NCBI GenBank assembly: GCA_964057225.1
Contig: OZ059895.1
Coordinates: 21,266,001 to 21,330,000, forward strand
From: Auanema rhodensis
Taxonomy: Eukaryota > Animalia > Nematoda
DNA length: 64,000 bases
Direction: 5' to 3'
Shown here: positions 20,901 to 36,500 of the stretch, piece after piece
How the letters are laid out: each line of letters begins with the position of its first letter
How positions within the stretch are numbered: position 1 is the first letter of the stretch
Program-made: the position numbers and the translations under genes
Notes under the pieces: model-generated
Databases searched by the model: none
Seen by the model: only the letters and a program-made list of their open reading frames with translations
Told to the model about the DNA's origin: nothing

Positions 20901-23900
20901 GCTTCACGTGAAAGATAAAGAGATGCGGTTTTCAAAATTAGATTCCTCATGTCCATACTAGTCTAAAAACGAATTTTTATTGATATTGATGCATGGTAAC
21001 CATGACTTTGAAATTCACGTGAACTTTAATTTATGCTTATTAAGTGTACACGTGATGTGCACTTGGTATGTAACTCGCTTCACGTGAAAGATAAAGGGAT
21101 GCGGTTTTCAAAATTAGATTCTCCATGTCCATATCAGTCTAAAAACAAATTTTTGTTGATATTGGTGGATGGTAACCATGACTTTGAAATTTACGTGAAC
21201 TTTAATTTATGCTAATTAAGTGTACACGTGATGTGCACTCGGTATGTAACTCGCTTCACGTGAAATATGAAGAGATGCGGTTTTCAAAATTAGATTCCCC
21301 ATGTCCATATTAGTTTAAAAACAAATTTTTATTGATATTGGTGCATGGCAACCATGACTTTAAAATTTACGTGAACTTTAATTTATGCTAATTAAGTGTA
21401 CACATGATGTGCGCTTGGTATGTAACTCGCTTCACGTGAAAGATAAAGAGATGCGGTTTTCAAAATTAGATTCCTCATGTCCATACTAGTCTAAAAACGA
21501 ATTTTTATTGATATTGATGCATGGTAACCATGACTTTGAAATTTACGTGAACTTTAATTTATGCTTATTAAGTGTACACGTGATGTGCACTTGGTATGTA
21601 ACTCGCTTCACGTGAAAGATAAAGAGATGCGGTTTTCAAAATTAGATTCCTCATGTCCATATTAGTCTAAAAACGAATTTTTATTGATATTGATGCATGG
21701 TAACCATGACTTTGAAATTTACGTGAACTTTAATTTATGCTTATTAAGTGTACACATGATGTGCGCTTGGTATGTAACTCGCTTCACGTGAAAGATAAAG
21801 AGATGCGGTTTTCAAAATTAGATTCCTCATGTCCATATTAGTCTAAAAACGAATTTTTATTGATATTGATGCATGGTAACCATGACTTTGAAATTTACGT
21901 GAACTTTAATTTATGCTTATTAAGTGTACACGTGATGTGCACTTGGTATGTAACTTGCTTCACGTGAAAGATAAAGGGATGCGGTTTTCAAAATTAGATT
22001 CCCCATGTCCATATTAGTCTAAAAACGAATTTTTATTGATATTGATGCATGGTAACCATGACTTTGAAATTTACGTGAACTTTAATTTATGCTTATTAAG
22101 TGTACACGTGATGTGCACTTGGTATGTAACTTGCTTCACGTGAAAGATAAAGGGATGCGGTTTTCAAAATTAGATTCCCCATGTCCATATTAGTCTAAAA
22201 ACAAATTTTTGTTGATATTGGTGGATGGTAACCATGACTTTGTAATTTACGTGAACTTTAATTTATGCTAATTAAGTGTACACATGATGTGCACTTGGTA
22301 TGTAACTCGCTTCACGTCAAAGATAAAGAGATGCGGTTTTCAAAATTAGATTCCCCATGTCCATATTATTCTAAAAACAAATTTTTATTAATATTGGTGC
22401 ATGGTAACCATGACTTTGAAATTTACGTGAACTTTAATTTATGCTAATTAAGTGTACACATGATGTGCGCTTGGTATGTAACTCGCTTCACGTGAAAGAT
22501 AAAGAGATGCGGTTTTCAAAATTAGATTCCTCATGTCCATACTAGTCTAAAAACGAATTTTTATTGATATTGATGCATGGTAACCATGACTTTGAAATTT
22601 ACGTGAACTTTAATTTATGCTTATTAAGTGTACACGTGATGTGCACTTGGTATGTAACTTGCTTCACGTGAAAGATAAAGGGATGCGGTTTTCAAAATTA
22701 GATTCCCCATGTCCATATTAGTCTAAAAACAAATTTTTGTTGATATTGGTGGATGGTAACCATGACTTTGTAATTTACGTGAACTTTAATTTATGGTAAT
22801 TAAGTGTACACGTGATGTGCACTTGGTATGTAACTCGCTTCACGTGAAAGATAAAGAGATGCGGTTTTCAAAATTAGATTCCTCATGTCCATATTAGTCT
22901 AAAAACGAATTTTTATTGATATTGATGCATGGTAACCATGACTTTGAAATTTACGTGAACTTTAATTTATGCTTATTAAGTGTACACATGATGTGCGCTT
23001 GGTATGTAACTCGCTTCACGTGAAAGATAAAGAGATGCGGTTTTCAAAATTAGATTCCCCATGTCCATATTAGTCTAAAAACAAATTTTTGTTGATATTG
23101 GTGGATGGTAACCATGACTTTGAAATTTACGTGAACTTTAATTTATGCTAATTAAGTGTACACGTGATGTGCACTCGGTATGTAACTCGCTTCACGTGAA
23201 ATATGAAGAGATGCGGTTTTCAAAATTAGATTCCCCATGTCCATATTAGTCTAAAAACAAATTTTTATTGATATTGGTGCATGGCAACCATGACTTTAAA
23301 ATTTACGTGAACTTTAATTTATGCTAATTAAGTGTACACATGATGTGCACTTGGTATGTAACTCGCTTCACGTCAAAGATAAAGAGCTGCGGTTTTCAAA
23401 ATTAGATTCCCCATGTCCATATTAGTCTAAAAACAAATTTTTATTAATATTGGTGCTTGGTAACCATGACTTTGAAATTTACGTGAACTTTAATTTATGC
23501 TAATTAAGTGAACACATGATGTGCACTTGGTATGTAACTCGCTTCACGTGAAAGATAGAGAGATGCGGTTTTCAAAATAGATTCCCCATGTCCATATTAG
23601 TCTAAAAACGAATTTTTATTGATATTGATTCATGGTAACCATGACTTTGAAAATTACGTGAACTTTAATTTATGCTTATTAAGTGTACACGTGATGTGCA
23701 CTTGGTATGTAACTCGCTTCACGTCAAAGATAAAGGGATGCGGTTTTCAAAATTAGATTCCCCATGTCCATATTAGTCTAAAAACAAATTTTTATTAATA
23801 TTGGTGCATGGTAACCATGACTTTGAAATTTACGTGAACTTTAATTTATGCTAATTAAGTGAACACATGATGTGCACTTGGTATGTAACTCGCTTCACGT

Positions 23901-24217
23901 GAAAGATAGAGAGATGCGGTTTTCAAAATAAATTCCCCATGTCCATATTAGTCTAAAAACGAATTTTTATTGATATTGATTCATGGTAACCATGACTTTG
24001 AAAATTACGTGAACTTTAATTTATGCTTATTAAGTGTACACGTGATGTGCACTTGGTATGTAACTCGCTTCACGTGAAAGATAAAGGGATGCGGTTTTCA
24101 AAATTAGATTCCCCATGTCTATATTAGTCTAAAAACAAATTTTTGTTGATATTGGTGGATGGTAACCATGACTTTGTAATTTACGTGAACTTTAATTTAT
24201 GCTAATTAAGTGTACAC

Positions 24218-27200
24218 GTGATGTGCACTTGGTATGTAACTCGCTTCACGTGAAAGATAAAGAGATGCGGTTTTCAAAATTAGATTCCTCATATCCATAT
24301 TAGTCTAAAAACGAATTTTTATTGATATTGATGCATGGTAACCATGACTTTGAAATTTACGTGAACTTTAATTTATGCTTATTAAGTGTACACATGATGT
24401 GCGCTTGGTATGTAACTCGCTTCACGTGAAAGATAAAGAGATGCGGTTTTCAAAATTAGATTCCCCATGTCCATATTAGTCTAAAAACAAATTTTTGTTG
24501 ATATTGGTGGATGGTAACCATGACTTTGAAATTTACGTGAACTTTAATTTATGCTAATTAAGTGTACACGTGATGTGCACTCGGTATGTAACTCGCTTCA
24601 CGTGAAATATGAAAAGATGCGGTTTTCAAAATTAGATTCCCCATGTCCATATTAGTCTAAAAACAAATTTTTATTGATATTGGTGCATGGCAATCATGAC
24701 TTTAAAATTTACGTGAACTTTAATTTATGCTAATTAAGTGTACACATGATGTGCACTTGGTATGTAACTCGCTTCACGTCAAAGATAAAGAGATGCGGTT
24801 TTCAAAATTAGATTCCCCATGTCCATATTAGTCTAAAAACAAATTTTTATTAATATTGGTGCTTGGTAACCATGACTTTGAAATTTACGTGAACTTTAAT
24901 TTATGCTAATTAAGTGAACACATGATGTGCACTTGGTATGTAACTCGCTTCACGTGAAAGATAGAGAGATGCGGTTTTCAAAATAGATTCCCCATGTCCA
25001 TATTAGTCTAAAAACGAATTTTTATTGATATTGATTCATGGTAACCATGACTTTGAAAATTACGTGAACTTTAATTTATGCTTATTAAGTGTACACGTGA
25101 TGTGCACTTGGTATGTAACTCGCTTCACGTCAAAGATAAAGGGATGCGGTTTTCAAAATTAGATTCCCCATGTCCATATTAGTCTAAAAACAAATTTTTA
25201 TGAATATTGGTGCATGGTAACCATGACTTTGAAATTTACGTGAACTTTAATTTATGCTAATTAAGTGTACACATGATGTGCACTTGGTATGTAACTCGCT
25301 TCACGTCAAAGATAAAGAGATGCGGTTTTCAAAATTAGATTCCCCATCGCTATATTAGTCTAAAAACAAATTTTTGTTGATATTGGTGGATGGTAACCAT
25401 GACTTTGAAATTTACGTGAACTTTAATTTATGCTAATTAAGTGTACACATGATGTGCGCTTGGTATGTAACTTGCTTCACGTGAAAGATAAAGGGATGCG
25501 GTTTTTAAAATTAGATTCCCCATGTCCATATTAGTCTAAAAACAAATTTTTGTTGATATTGGTGCATGGCAACCATGACTTTAAAATTTACGTGAACTTT
25601 AATTTATGCTAATTAAGTGTACACATGATGTGCACTTGGTATGTAACTCGCTTCACGTGAAAGATAAAGAGATGCGGTTTTCAAAATTAGATTCCCCATT
25701 TCCATATTAGTCTAAAAACAATATTTTATTGATATTGGTGCATGGCAACCATGACTTTAAAATTTACGTGAACTTTAATTTATGCTAATTAAGTGTACAC
25801 ATGATGTGCACTTGGTATGTAACTCGCTTCACGTCAAAGATAAAGAGATGCGGTTTTCAAAATTAGATTTCCCATGTCCATATTAAACTAAAAACAAATT
25901 TTTGTTGATATTGGTGGATGGTAACCATGACTTTGAAATTTACGTGAACTTTAATTTATGCTAATTAAGTGTACACATGATGTGCGCTTGGTATGTAACT
26001 TGCTTCACGTGAAAGATAAAGGGATGCGGTTTTCAAAATTAGATTCCCCATGTCCATATTAGTCTAAAAACAAATTTTTGTTGATATTGGTGCATGGCAA
26101 CCATGACTTTAAAATTTACGTGAACTTTAATTTATGCTAATTAAGTGTACACATGATGTGCGCTTGGTATGTAACTTGCTTCACGTGAAAGATAAAGGGA
26201 TGCGGTTTTCAAAATTAGATTCCCCATGTCCATATTAGTCTAAAAACAAATTTTTGTTGATATTGGTGGATGGTAACCATGACTTTGAAATTTACGTGAA
26301 CTTTAATTTATGCTAATTAAGTGTACACATGATGTGCGCTTGGTATGTAACTTGCTTCACGTGAAAGATAAAGGGATGCGGTTTTCAAAATTAGATTCCC
26401 CATGTCCATATTAGTCTAAAAACAAATTTTTGTTGATATTGGTGGATGGTAACCATGACTTTGTAATTTACGTGAACTTTAATTTATGCTAATTAAGTGT
26501 ACACGTGATGTGCACTTGGTATGTAACTCGCTTCACGTGAAAGATAAAGAGATGCGGTTTTCAAAATTAGATTCCTCATGTCCATATTAGTCTAAAAACG
26601 AATTTTTATTGATATTGATGCATGGTAACCATGACTTTGAAATTTACGTGAACTTTAATTTATGCTTATTAAGTGTACACATGATGTGCGCTTGGTATGT
26701 AACTCGCTTCACGTGAAAGATAAAGAGATGCGGTTTTCAAAATTAGATTCCCCATGTCCATATTAGTCTAAAAACAAATTTTTGTTGATATTGGTGGATG
26801 GTAACCATGACTTTGAAATTTACGTGAACTTTAATTTATGCTAATTAAGTGTACACGTGATGTGCACTCGGTATGTAACTCGCTTCACGTGAAATATGAA
26901 AAGATGCGGTTTTCAAAATTAGATTCCCCATGTCCATATTAGTCTAAAAACAAATTTTTATTGATATTGGTGCATGGCAATCATGACTTTAAAATTTACG
27001 TGAACTTTAATTTATGCTAATTAAGTGTACACATGATGTGCACTTGGTATGTAACTCGCTTCACGTCAAAGATAAAGAGATGCGGTTTTCAAAATTAGAT
27101 TCCCCATGTCCATATTAGTCTAAAAACAAATTTTTATTAATATTGGTGCTTGGTAACCATGACTTTGAAATTTACGTGAACTTTAATTTATGCTAATTAA

Positions 27201-28439
27201 GTGAACACATGATGTGCACTTGGTATGTAACTCGCTTCACGTGAAAGATAGAGAGATGCGGTTTTCAAAATAGATTCCCCATGTCCATATTAGTCTAAAA
27301 ACGAATTTTTATTGATATTGATTCATGGTAACCATGACTTTGAAAATTACGTGAACTTTAATTTATGCTTATTAAGTGTACACGTGATGTGCACTTGGTA
27401 TGTAACTCGCTTCACGTCAAAGATAAAGGGATGCGGTTTTCAAAATTAGATTCCCCATGTCCATATTAGTCTAAAAACAAATTTTTATGAATATTGGTGC
27501 ATGGTAACCATGACTTTGAAATTTACGTGAACTTTAATTTATGCTAATTAAGTGTACACATGATGTGCACTTGGTATGTAACTCGCTTCACGTCAAAGAT
27601 AAAGAGATGCGGTTTTCAAAATTAGATTCCCCATCGCTATATTAGTCTAAAAACAAATTTTTGTTGATATTGGTGGATGGTAACCATGACTTTGAAATTT
27701 ACGTGAACTTTAATTTATGCTAATTAAGTGTACACATGATGTGCGCTTGGTATGTAACTTGCTTCACGTGAAAGATAAAGGGATGCGGTTTTCAAAATTA
27801 GATTCCCCATGTCCATATTAGTCTAAAAACAAATTTTTATTAATATTGGTGCATGGCAACCATGACTTTAAAATTTACGTGAACTTTAATTTATGCTAAT
27901 TAAGTGTACACATGATGTGCACTTGGTATGTAACTCGCTTCACGTGAAAGATAAAGAGATGCGGTTTTCAAAATTAGATTCCCCATTTCCATATTAGTCT
28001 AAAAACAATATTTTATTGATATTGGTGCATGGCAACCATGACTTTAAAATTTACGTGAACTTTAATTTATGCTAATTAAGTGTACACATGATGTGCACTT
28101 GGTATGTAACTCGCTTCACGTCAAAGATAAAGAGATGCGGTTTTCAAAATTAGATTTCCCATGTCCATATTAGTCTAAAAACAAATTTTTGTTGATATTG
28201 GTGGATGGTAACCATGACTTTGAAATTTACGTGAACTTTAATTTATGCTAATTAAGTGTACACATGATGTGCGCTTGGTATGTAACTTGCTTCACGTGAA
28301 AGATAAAGGGATGCGGTTTTCAAAATTAGATTCCCCATGTCCATATTAGTCTAAAAACAAATTTTTGTTGATATTGGTGCATGGCAACCATGACTTTAAA
28401 ATTTACGTGAACTTTAATTTATGCTAATTAAGTGTACAC
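24218..28439 (+). repeat. 13-monomer-period duplication (2287 bp)
   Basis: Rare variants TATGAAAAG (24611/26898), GGCAATC, TTATGAAT and CCATCGCT (25348/27635) all recur at 2287 bp. About 11 monomers match with a few differences. Confidence 0.85.
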
Positions 28440-28791
28440 ATGATGTGCACTTGGTATGTAACTCGCTTCACGTGAAAGATAAAGAGATGCAGTTTTCAAA
28501 ATTAGATTCCCCATGTCCATATTAGTCTAACAACAAATTTTGGTTGATATTGGTGAATGGTAACCATGACTTTGAAATTTACGTGAACTTTAATTTATGC
28601 TAATTAAGTGTACACATGATGTGCGCTTGGTATGTAACTCGCTTCACGTGAAAGATAAAGAGATGCGGTTTTCAAAATTAGATTCCTCATGTCCATACTA
28701 GTCTAAAAACGAATTTTTATTGATATTGATGCATGGTAACCATGACTTTGAAATTTACGTGAACTTTAATTTATGCTTATTAAGTGTACAC

Positions 28792-30551
28792 GTGATGTGC
28801 ACTTGGTATGTAACTTGCTTCACGTGAAAGATAAAGGGATGCGGTTTTCAAAATTAGATTCCCCATGTCCATATTAGTCTAAAAACAAATTTTTGTTGAT
28901 ATTGGTGGATGGTAACCATGACTTTGTAATTTACGTGAACTTTAATTTATGCTAATTAAGTGTACACGTGATGTGCACTTGGTATGTAACTCGCTTCACG
29001 TGAAAGATAAAGAGATGCGGTTTTCAAAATTAGATTCCTCATGTCCATATTAGTCTAAAAACGAATTTTTATTGATATTGATGCATGGTAACCATGACTT
29101 TGAAATTTACGTGAACTTTAATTTATGCTTATTAAGTGTACACATGATGTGCGCTTGGTATGTAACTCGCTTCAAGTGAAAGATAAAGAGATGCGGTTTT
29201 CAAAATTAGATTCCCCATGTTCATATTAGTCTAAAAACAAATTTTTGTTGATATTGGTGGATGGTAACCATGACTTTGAAATTTACGTGAACTTTAATTT
29301 ATGCTAATTAAGTGTACACGTGATGTGCACTCGGTATGTAACTCGCTTCACGTGAAATATGAAGAGATGCGGTTTTCAAAATTAGATTCCCCATGTCCAT
29401 ATTAGTCTAAAAACAAATTCTTATTGATATTGGTGCATGGCAACCATGACTTTAAAATTTACGTGAACTTTAATTTATGCTAATTAAGTGTACACATGAT
29501 GTGCACTTGGTATGTAACTCGCTTCACGTCAAAGATAAAGAGCTGCGGTTTTCAAAATTAGATTCCCCATGTCCATATTAGTCTAAAAACAAATTTTTAT
29601 TAATATTGGTGCTTGGTAACCATGACTTTGAAATTTACGTGAACTTTAATTTATGCTAATTAAGTGAACACGTGATGTGCACTTGGTATGTAACTTGCTT
29701 CACGTGAAAGATAAAGGGATGCGGTTTTCAAAATTAGATTCCCCATGTCCATATTAGTCTAAAAACAAATTTTTGTTGATATTGGTGGATGGTAACCATG
29801 ACTTTGTAATTTACGTGAACTTTAATTTATGCTAATTAAGTGTACACGTGATGTGCACTTGGTATGTAACTCGCTTCACGTGAAAGATAAAGAGATGCGG
29901 TTTTCAAAATTAGATTCCTCATGTCCATATTAGTCTAAAAACGAATTTTTATTGATATTGATGCATGGTAACCATGACTTTGAAATTTACGTGAACTTTA
30001 ATTTATGCTAATTAAGTGAACACATGATGTGCACTTGGTATGTAACTCGCTTCAAGTGAAAGATAAAGAGATGCGGTTTTCAAAATTAGATTCCCCATGT
30101 TCATATTAGTCTAAAAACAAATTTTTGTTGATATTGGTGGATGGTAACCATGACTTTGAAATTTACGTGAACTTTAATTTATGCTAATTAAGTGTACACG
30201 TGATGTGCACTCGGTATGTAACTCGCTTCACGTGAAATATGAAGAGATGCGGTTTTCAAAATTAGATTCCCCATGTCCATATTAGTCTAAAAACAAATTC
30301 TTATTGATATTGGTGCATGGCAACCATGACTTTAAAATTTACGTGAACTTTAATTTATGCTAATTAAGTGTACACATGATGTGCACTTGGTATGTAACTC
30401 GCTTCACGTCAAAGATAAAGAGCTGCGGTTTTCAAAATTAGATTCCCCATGTCCATATTAGTCTAAAAACAAATTTTTATTAATATTGGTGCTTGGTAAC
30501 CATGACTTTGAAATTTACGTGAACTTTAATTTATGCTAATTAAGTGAACAC
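28792..30551 (+). repeat. 5-monomer tandem duplication (880 bp)
   Basis: TTCAAGTG (29171/30051), AAATTCTT (29420/30300) and AGCTGC (29541/30421) recur at 880 bp. Confidence 0.87.
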
Positions 30552-33500
30552 ATGATGTGCACTTGGTATGTAACTCGCTTCACGTGAAAGATAGAGAGAT
30601 GCGGTTTTCAAAATAGATTCCCCATGTCCATATTAGTCTAAAAACGAATTTTTATTGATATTGATTCATGGTAACCATGACTTTGAAAATTACGTGAACT
30701 TTAATTTATGCTTATTAAGTGTACACGTGATGTGCACTTGGTATGTAACTCGCTTCACGTCAAAGATAAAGGGATGCGGTTTTCAAAATTAGATTCCCCA
30801 TGTCCATATTAGTCTAAAAACAAATTTTTATTAATATTGGTGCATGGTAACCATGACTTTGAAATTTACGTGAACTTTAATTTATGCTAATTAAGTGAAC
30901 ACATGATGTGCACTTGGTATGTAACTCGCTTCACGTGGAAGATAGAGAGATGCGGTTTTCAAAATAAATTCCCCATGTCCATATTAGTCTAAAAACGAAT
31001 TTTTGTTGATATTGATTCATGGTAACCATGACTTTGAAAATTACGTGAACTTTAATTTATGCTTATTAAGTGTACACGTGATGTGCACTTGGTATGTAAC
31101 TCGCTTCACGTGAAAGATAAAGGGATGCGGTTTTCAAAATTAGATTCCCCATGTCCATATTAGTCTAAAAACAAATTTTTGTTGATATTGGTGGATGGTA
31201 ACCATGACTTTGTAATTTACGTGAACTTTAATTTATGCTAATTAAGTGTACACGTGATGTGCACTTGGTATGTAACTCGCTTCACGTGAAAGATAAAGAG
31301 ATGCGGTTTTCAAAATTAGATTCCTCATGTCCATATTAGTCTAAAAACGAATTTTTATTGATATTGATGCATGGTAACCATGACTTTGAAATTTACGTGA
31401 ACTTTAATTTATGCTTATTAAGTGTACACATGATGTGCGCTTGGTATGTAACTCGCTTCACGTGAAAGATAAAGAGATGCGGTTTTCAAAATTAGATTCC
31501 CCATGTCCATATTAGTCTAAAAACAAATTTTTGTTGATATTGGTGGATGGTAACCATGACTTTGAAATTTACGTGAACTTTAATTTATGCTAATTAAGTG
31601 TACACGTGATGTGCACTCGGTATGTAACTCGCTTCACGTGAAATATGAAGAGATGCGGTTTTCAAAATTAGATTCCCCATGTCCATATTAGTCTAAAAAC
31701 AAATTTTTATTGATATTGGTGCATGGCAATCATGACTTTAAAATTTACGTGAACTTTAATTTATGCTAATTAAGTGTACACATGATGTGCACTTGGTATG
31801 TAACTCGCTTCACGTCAAAGATAAAGAGATGCGGTTTTCAAAATTAGATTCCCCATGTCCATATTAGTCTAAAAACAAATTTTTATTAATATTGGTGCTT
31901 GGTAACCATGACTTTGAAATTTACGTGAACTTTAATTTATGCTAATTAAGTGAACACATGATGTGCACTTGGTATGTAACTCGCTTCACGTGAAAGATAG
32001 AGAGATGCGGTTTTCAAAATAGATTCCCCATGTCCATATTAGTCTAAAAACGAATTTTTATTGATATTGATTCATGGTAACCATGACTTTGAAAATTACG
32101 TGAACTTTAATTTATGCTTATTAAGTGTACACGTGATGTGCACTTGGTATGTAACTCGCTTCACGTCAAAGATAAAGGGATGCGGTTTTCAAAATTAGAT
32201 TCCCCATGTCCATATTAGTCTAAAAACAAATTTTTGTTGATATTGGTGGATGGTAACCATGACTTTGAAATTTACGTGAACTTTAATTTATGCTAATTAA
32301 GTGTACACATGATGTGCGCTTGGTATATAACTTGCTTCACGTGAAAGATAAAGGGATGCGGTTTTCAAAATTAGATTCCCCATGTCCATATTAGTCTAAA
32401 AACAAATTTTTGTTGATATTGGTGCATGGCAACCATGACTTTAAAATTTACGTGAACTTTAATTTATGCTAATTAAGTGTACACATGATGTGCACTTGGT
32501 ATGTAACTCGCTTCACGTGAAAGATAAAGAGATGCAGTTTTCAAAATTAGATTCCCCATGTCCATATTAGTCTAAAAACAAATTTTTGTTGATATTGGTG
32601 AATGGTAACCATGACTTTGAAATTTACGTGAACTTTAATTTATGCTAATTAAGTGTACACATGATGTGCGCTTGGTATGTAACTTGCTTCACGTGAAAGA
32701 TAAAGGGATGCGGTTTTCAAAATTAGATTCCCCATGTCCATATTAGTCTAAAAACAAATTTTTGTTGATATTGGTGCATGGCAACCATGACTTTAAAATT
32801 TACGTGAACTTTAATTTATGCTAATTAAGTGTACACATGATGTGCACTTGGTATGTAACTCGCTTCACGTCAAAGATAAAGAGATGCGGTTTTCAAAATT
32901 AGATTCCCCATGTCCATATTAGTCTAAAAACAAATTTTTGTTGATATTGGTGGATGGTAACCATGACTTTGTAATTTACGTGAACTTTAATTTATGCTAA
33001 TTAAGTGTACACATGATGTGCGCTTGGTATGTAACTCGCTTCACGTGAAAGATAAAGAGATGCGGTTTTCAAAATTAGATTCCCCATTTCCATATTAGTC
33101 TAAAAACAATATTTTATTGATATTGGTGCATGGCAACCATGACTTTAAAATTTACGTGAACTTTAATTTATGCTAATTAAGTGTACACATGATGTGCACT
33201 TGGTATGTAACTCGCTTCACGTCAAAGATAAAGAGATGCGGTTTTCAAAATTAGATTCACCATGTCCATATTAGTCTAAAAACAAATTTTTATTAATATT
33301 GGTGCATGGTAACCATGACTTTGAAATTTACGTGAACTTTAATTTATGCTAATTAAGTGTACACATGATGTGCGCTTGGTATGTAACTCGCTTCACGTGA
33401 AAGATAAAGAGATGCGGTTTTCAAAATTAGATTCCTCATGTCCATACTAGTCTAAAAACGAATTTTTATTGATATTGATGCATGGTAACCATGACTTTGA

Positions 33501-36500
33501 AATTTACGTGAACTTTAATTTATGCTTATTAAGTGTACACGTGATGTGCACTTGGTATGTAACTTGCTTCACGTGAAAGATAAAGGGATACGGTTTTCAA
33601 AATTAGATTCCCCATGTCCATATTAGTCTAAAAACAAATTTTTGTTGATATTGGTGGATGGTAACCACGACTTTGTAATTTACGTGAACTTTAATTTATG
33701 CTAATTAAGTGTACACGTGATGTGCACTTGGTATGTAACTTGCTTCACGTGAAAGATAAAGGGATGCGGTTTTCAAAATTAGATTCCCCATTTCCATATT
33801 AGTCTAAAAACAATATTTTATTGATATTGGTGCATGGCAACCATGACTTTAAAATTTACGTGAACTTTAATTTATGCTGATTAAGTGTACACATGATGTG
33901 CACTTGGTATGTAACTCGCTTCACGTCAAAGATAAAGAGATGCGGTTTTCAAAATTAGATTCCCCATGTCCATATTAGTCTAAAAACAAATTTTTATTAA
34001 TATTGGTGCATGGTAACCATGACTTTGAAATTTACGTGAACTTTAATTTATGCTAATTAAGTGTACACATGAAGTGCGCTTGGTATGTAACTCGCTTCAC
34101 GTGAAAGATAAAGAGATGCGGTTTTCAAAATTAGATTCCTCATGTCCATACTAGTCTAAAAACGAATTTTTATTGATATTGATGCATGGTAACCATGACT
34201 TTGAAATTTACGTGAACTTTAATTTATGCTTATTAAGTGTACACGTGATGTGCACTTGGTATGTAACTCGCTTCACGTGAAAGATAAAGAGATGCGGTTT
34301 TCAAAATTAGATTCCTCATGTCCATATTAGTCTAAAAACGAATTTTTATTGATATTGATGCATGGTAACCATGACTTTGAAATTTACGTGAACTTTAATT
34401 TATGCTTATTAAGTGTACACATGATGTGCACTCGGTATGTAACTCGCTTCACGTGAAATATGAAGAGATGCGGTTTTCAAAATTAGATTCCCCATGTCCA
34501 TATTAGTCTAAAAACAAATTTTTATTGATATTGGTGCATGGCAATCATGACTTTAAAATTTACGTGAACTTTAATTTATGCTAATTAAGTGTACACATGA
34601 TGTGCACTTGGTATGTAACTCGCTTCACGTCAAAGATAAAGAGATGCGGTTTTCAAAATTAGATTCCCCATGTCCATATTAGTCTAAAAACAAATTTTTA
34701 TTAATATTGGTGCTTGGTAACCATGACTTTGAAATTTACGTGAACTTTAATTTATGCTAATTAAGTGAACACATGATGTGCACTTGGTATGTAACTCGCT
34801 TCACGTGAAAGATAGAGAGATGCGGTTTTCAAAATAGATTCCCCATGTCCATATTAGTCTAAAAACGAATTTTTATTGATATTGATTCATGGTAACCATG
34901 ACTTTGAAAATTACGTGAACTTTAATTTATGCTTATTAAGTGTACACGTGATGTGCACTTGGTATGTAACTCGCTTCACGTGAAAGATAAAGAGATGCGG
35001 TTTTCAAAATTAGATTCCCCATTTCCATATTAGTCTAAAAACAATATTTTATTGATATTGGTGCATGGCAACCATGACTTTAAAATTTACGTGAACTTTA
35101 ATTTATGCTAATTAAGTGTACACATGATGTGCACTTGGTATGTAACTCGCTTCACGTCAAAGATAAAGAGATGCGGTTTTCAAAATTAGATTCCCCATGT
35201 CCATATTAGTCTAAAAACAAATTTTTGTTGATATTGGTGGATGGTAACCATGACTTTGAAATTTACGTGAACTTTAATTTATGCTAATTAAGTGTACACA
35301 TGATGTGCGCTTGGTATGTAACTTGCTTCACGTGAAAGATAAAGGGATGCGGTTTTCAAAATTAGATTCCCCATGTCCATATTAGTCTAAAAACAAATTT
35401 TTGTTGATATTGGTGCATGGCAACCATGACTTTAAAATTTACGTGAACTTTAATTTATGCTAATTAAGTGTACACATGATGTGCACTTGGTATGTAACTC
35501 GCTTCACGTGAAAGATAAAGAGATGCAGTTTTCAAAATTAGATTCCCCATGTCCATATTAGTCTAAAAACAAATTTTTGTTGATATTGGTGAATGGTAAC
35601 CATGACTTTGAAATTTACGTGAACTTTAATTTATGCTAATTAAGTGTACACATGATGTGCACTTGGTATGTAACTCGCTTCACGTCAAAGATAAAGAGAT
35701 GCGGTTTTCAAAATTAGATTCCCCATGTCCATATTAGTCTAAAAACAAATTTTTGTTGATATTGGTGGATGGTAACCATGACTTTGAAATTTACGTGAAC
35801 TTTAATTTATGCTAATTAAGTGTACACATGATGTGCGCTTGGTATGTAACTTGCTTCACGTGAAAGATAAAGGGATGCGGTTTTCAAAATTAGATTCCCC
35901 ATGTCCATATTAGTCTAAAAACAAATTTTTGTTGATATTGGTGCATGGCAACCATGACTTTAAAATTTACGTGAACTTTAATTTATGCTAATTAAGTGTA
36001 CACATGATGTGCACTTGGTATGTAACTCGCTTCACGTGAAAGATAAAGAGATGCAGTTTTCAAAATTAGATTCCCCATGTCCATATTAGTCTAAAAACAA
36101 ATTTTTGTTGATATTGGTGAATGGTAACCATGACTTTGAAATTTACGTGAACTTTAATTTATGCTAATTAAGTGTACACGTGATGTGCACTCGGTATGTA
36201 ACTCGCTTCACGTGAAATATGAAGAGATGCGGTTTTAAAAATTAGATTCCCCATGTCCATATTAGTCTAAAAACAAATTTTTATTGATATTGGTGCATGG
36301 CAATCATGACTTTAAAATTTACGTGAACTTTAATTTATGCTAATTAAGTGTACACATGATGTGCACTTGGTATGTAACTCGCTTCACGTCAAAGATAAAG
36401 AGATGCGGTTTTCAAAATTAGATTCCCCATGTCCATATTAGTCTAAAAACAAATTTTTATTAATATTGGTGCTTGGTAACCATGACTTTGAAATTTACGT

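Noticed and set aside
15579-22447. Five 60-aa ORFs (MLIKCTRDVHLVC...) at 15579, 16811, 18745, 21033 and 22265
   Set aside because: They are satellite monomers in which the usual in-frame TAG became CAG or TAT. All other monomers keep the stop, 176 is not a multiple of 3, and there is no recognisable domain.
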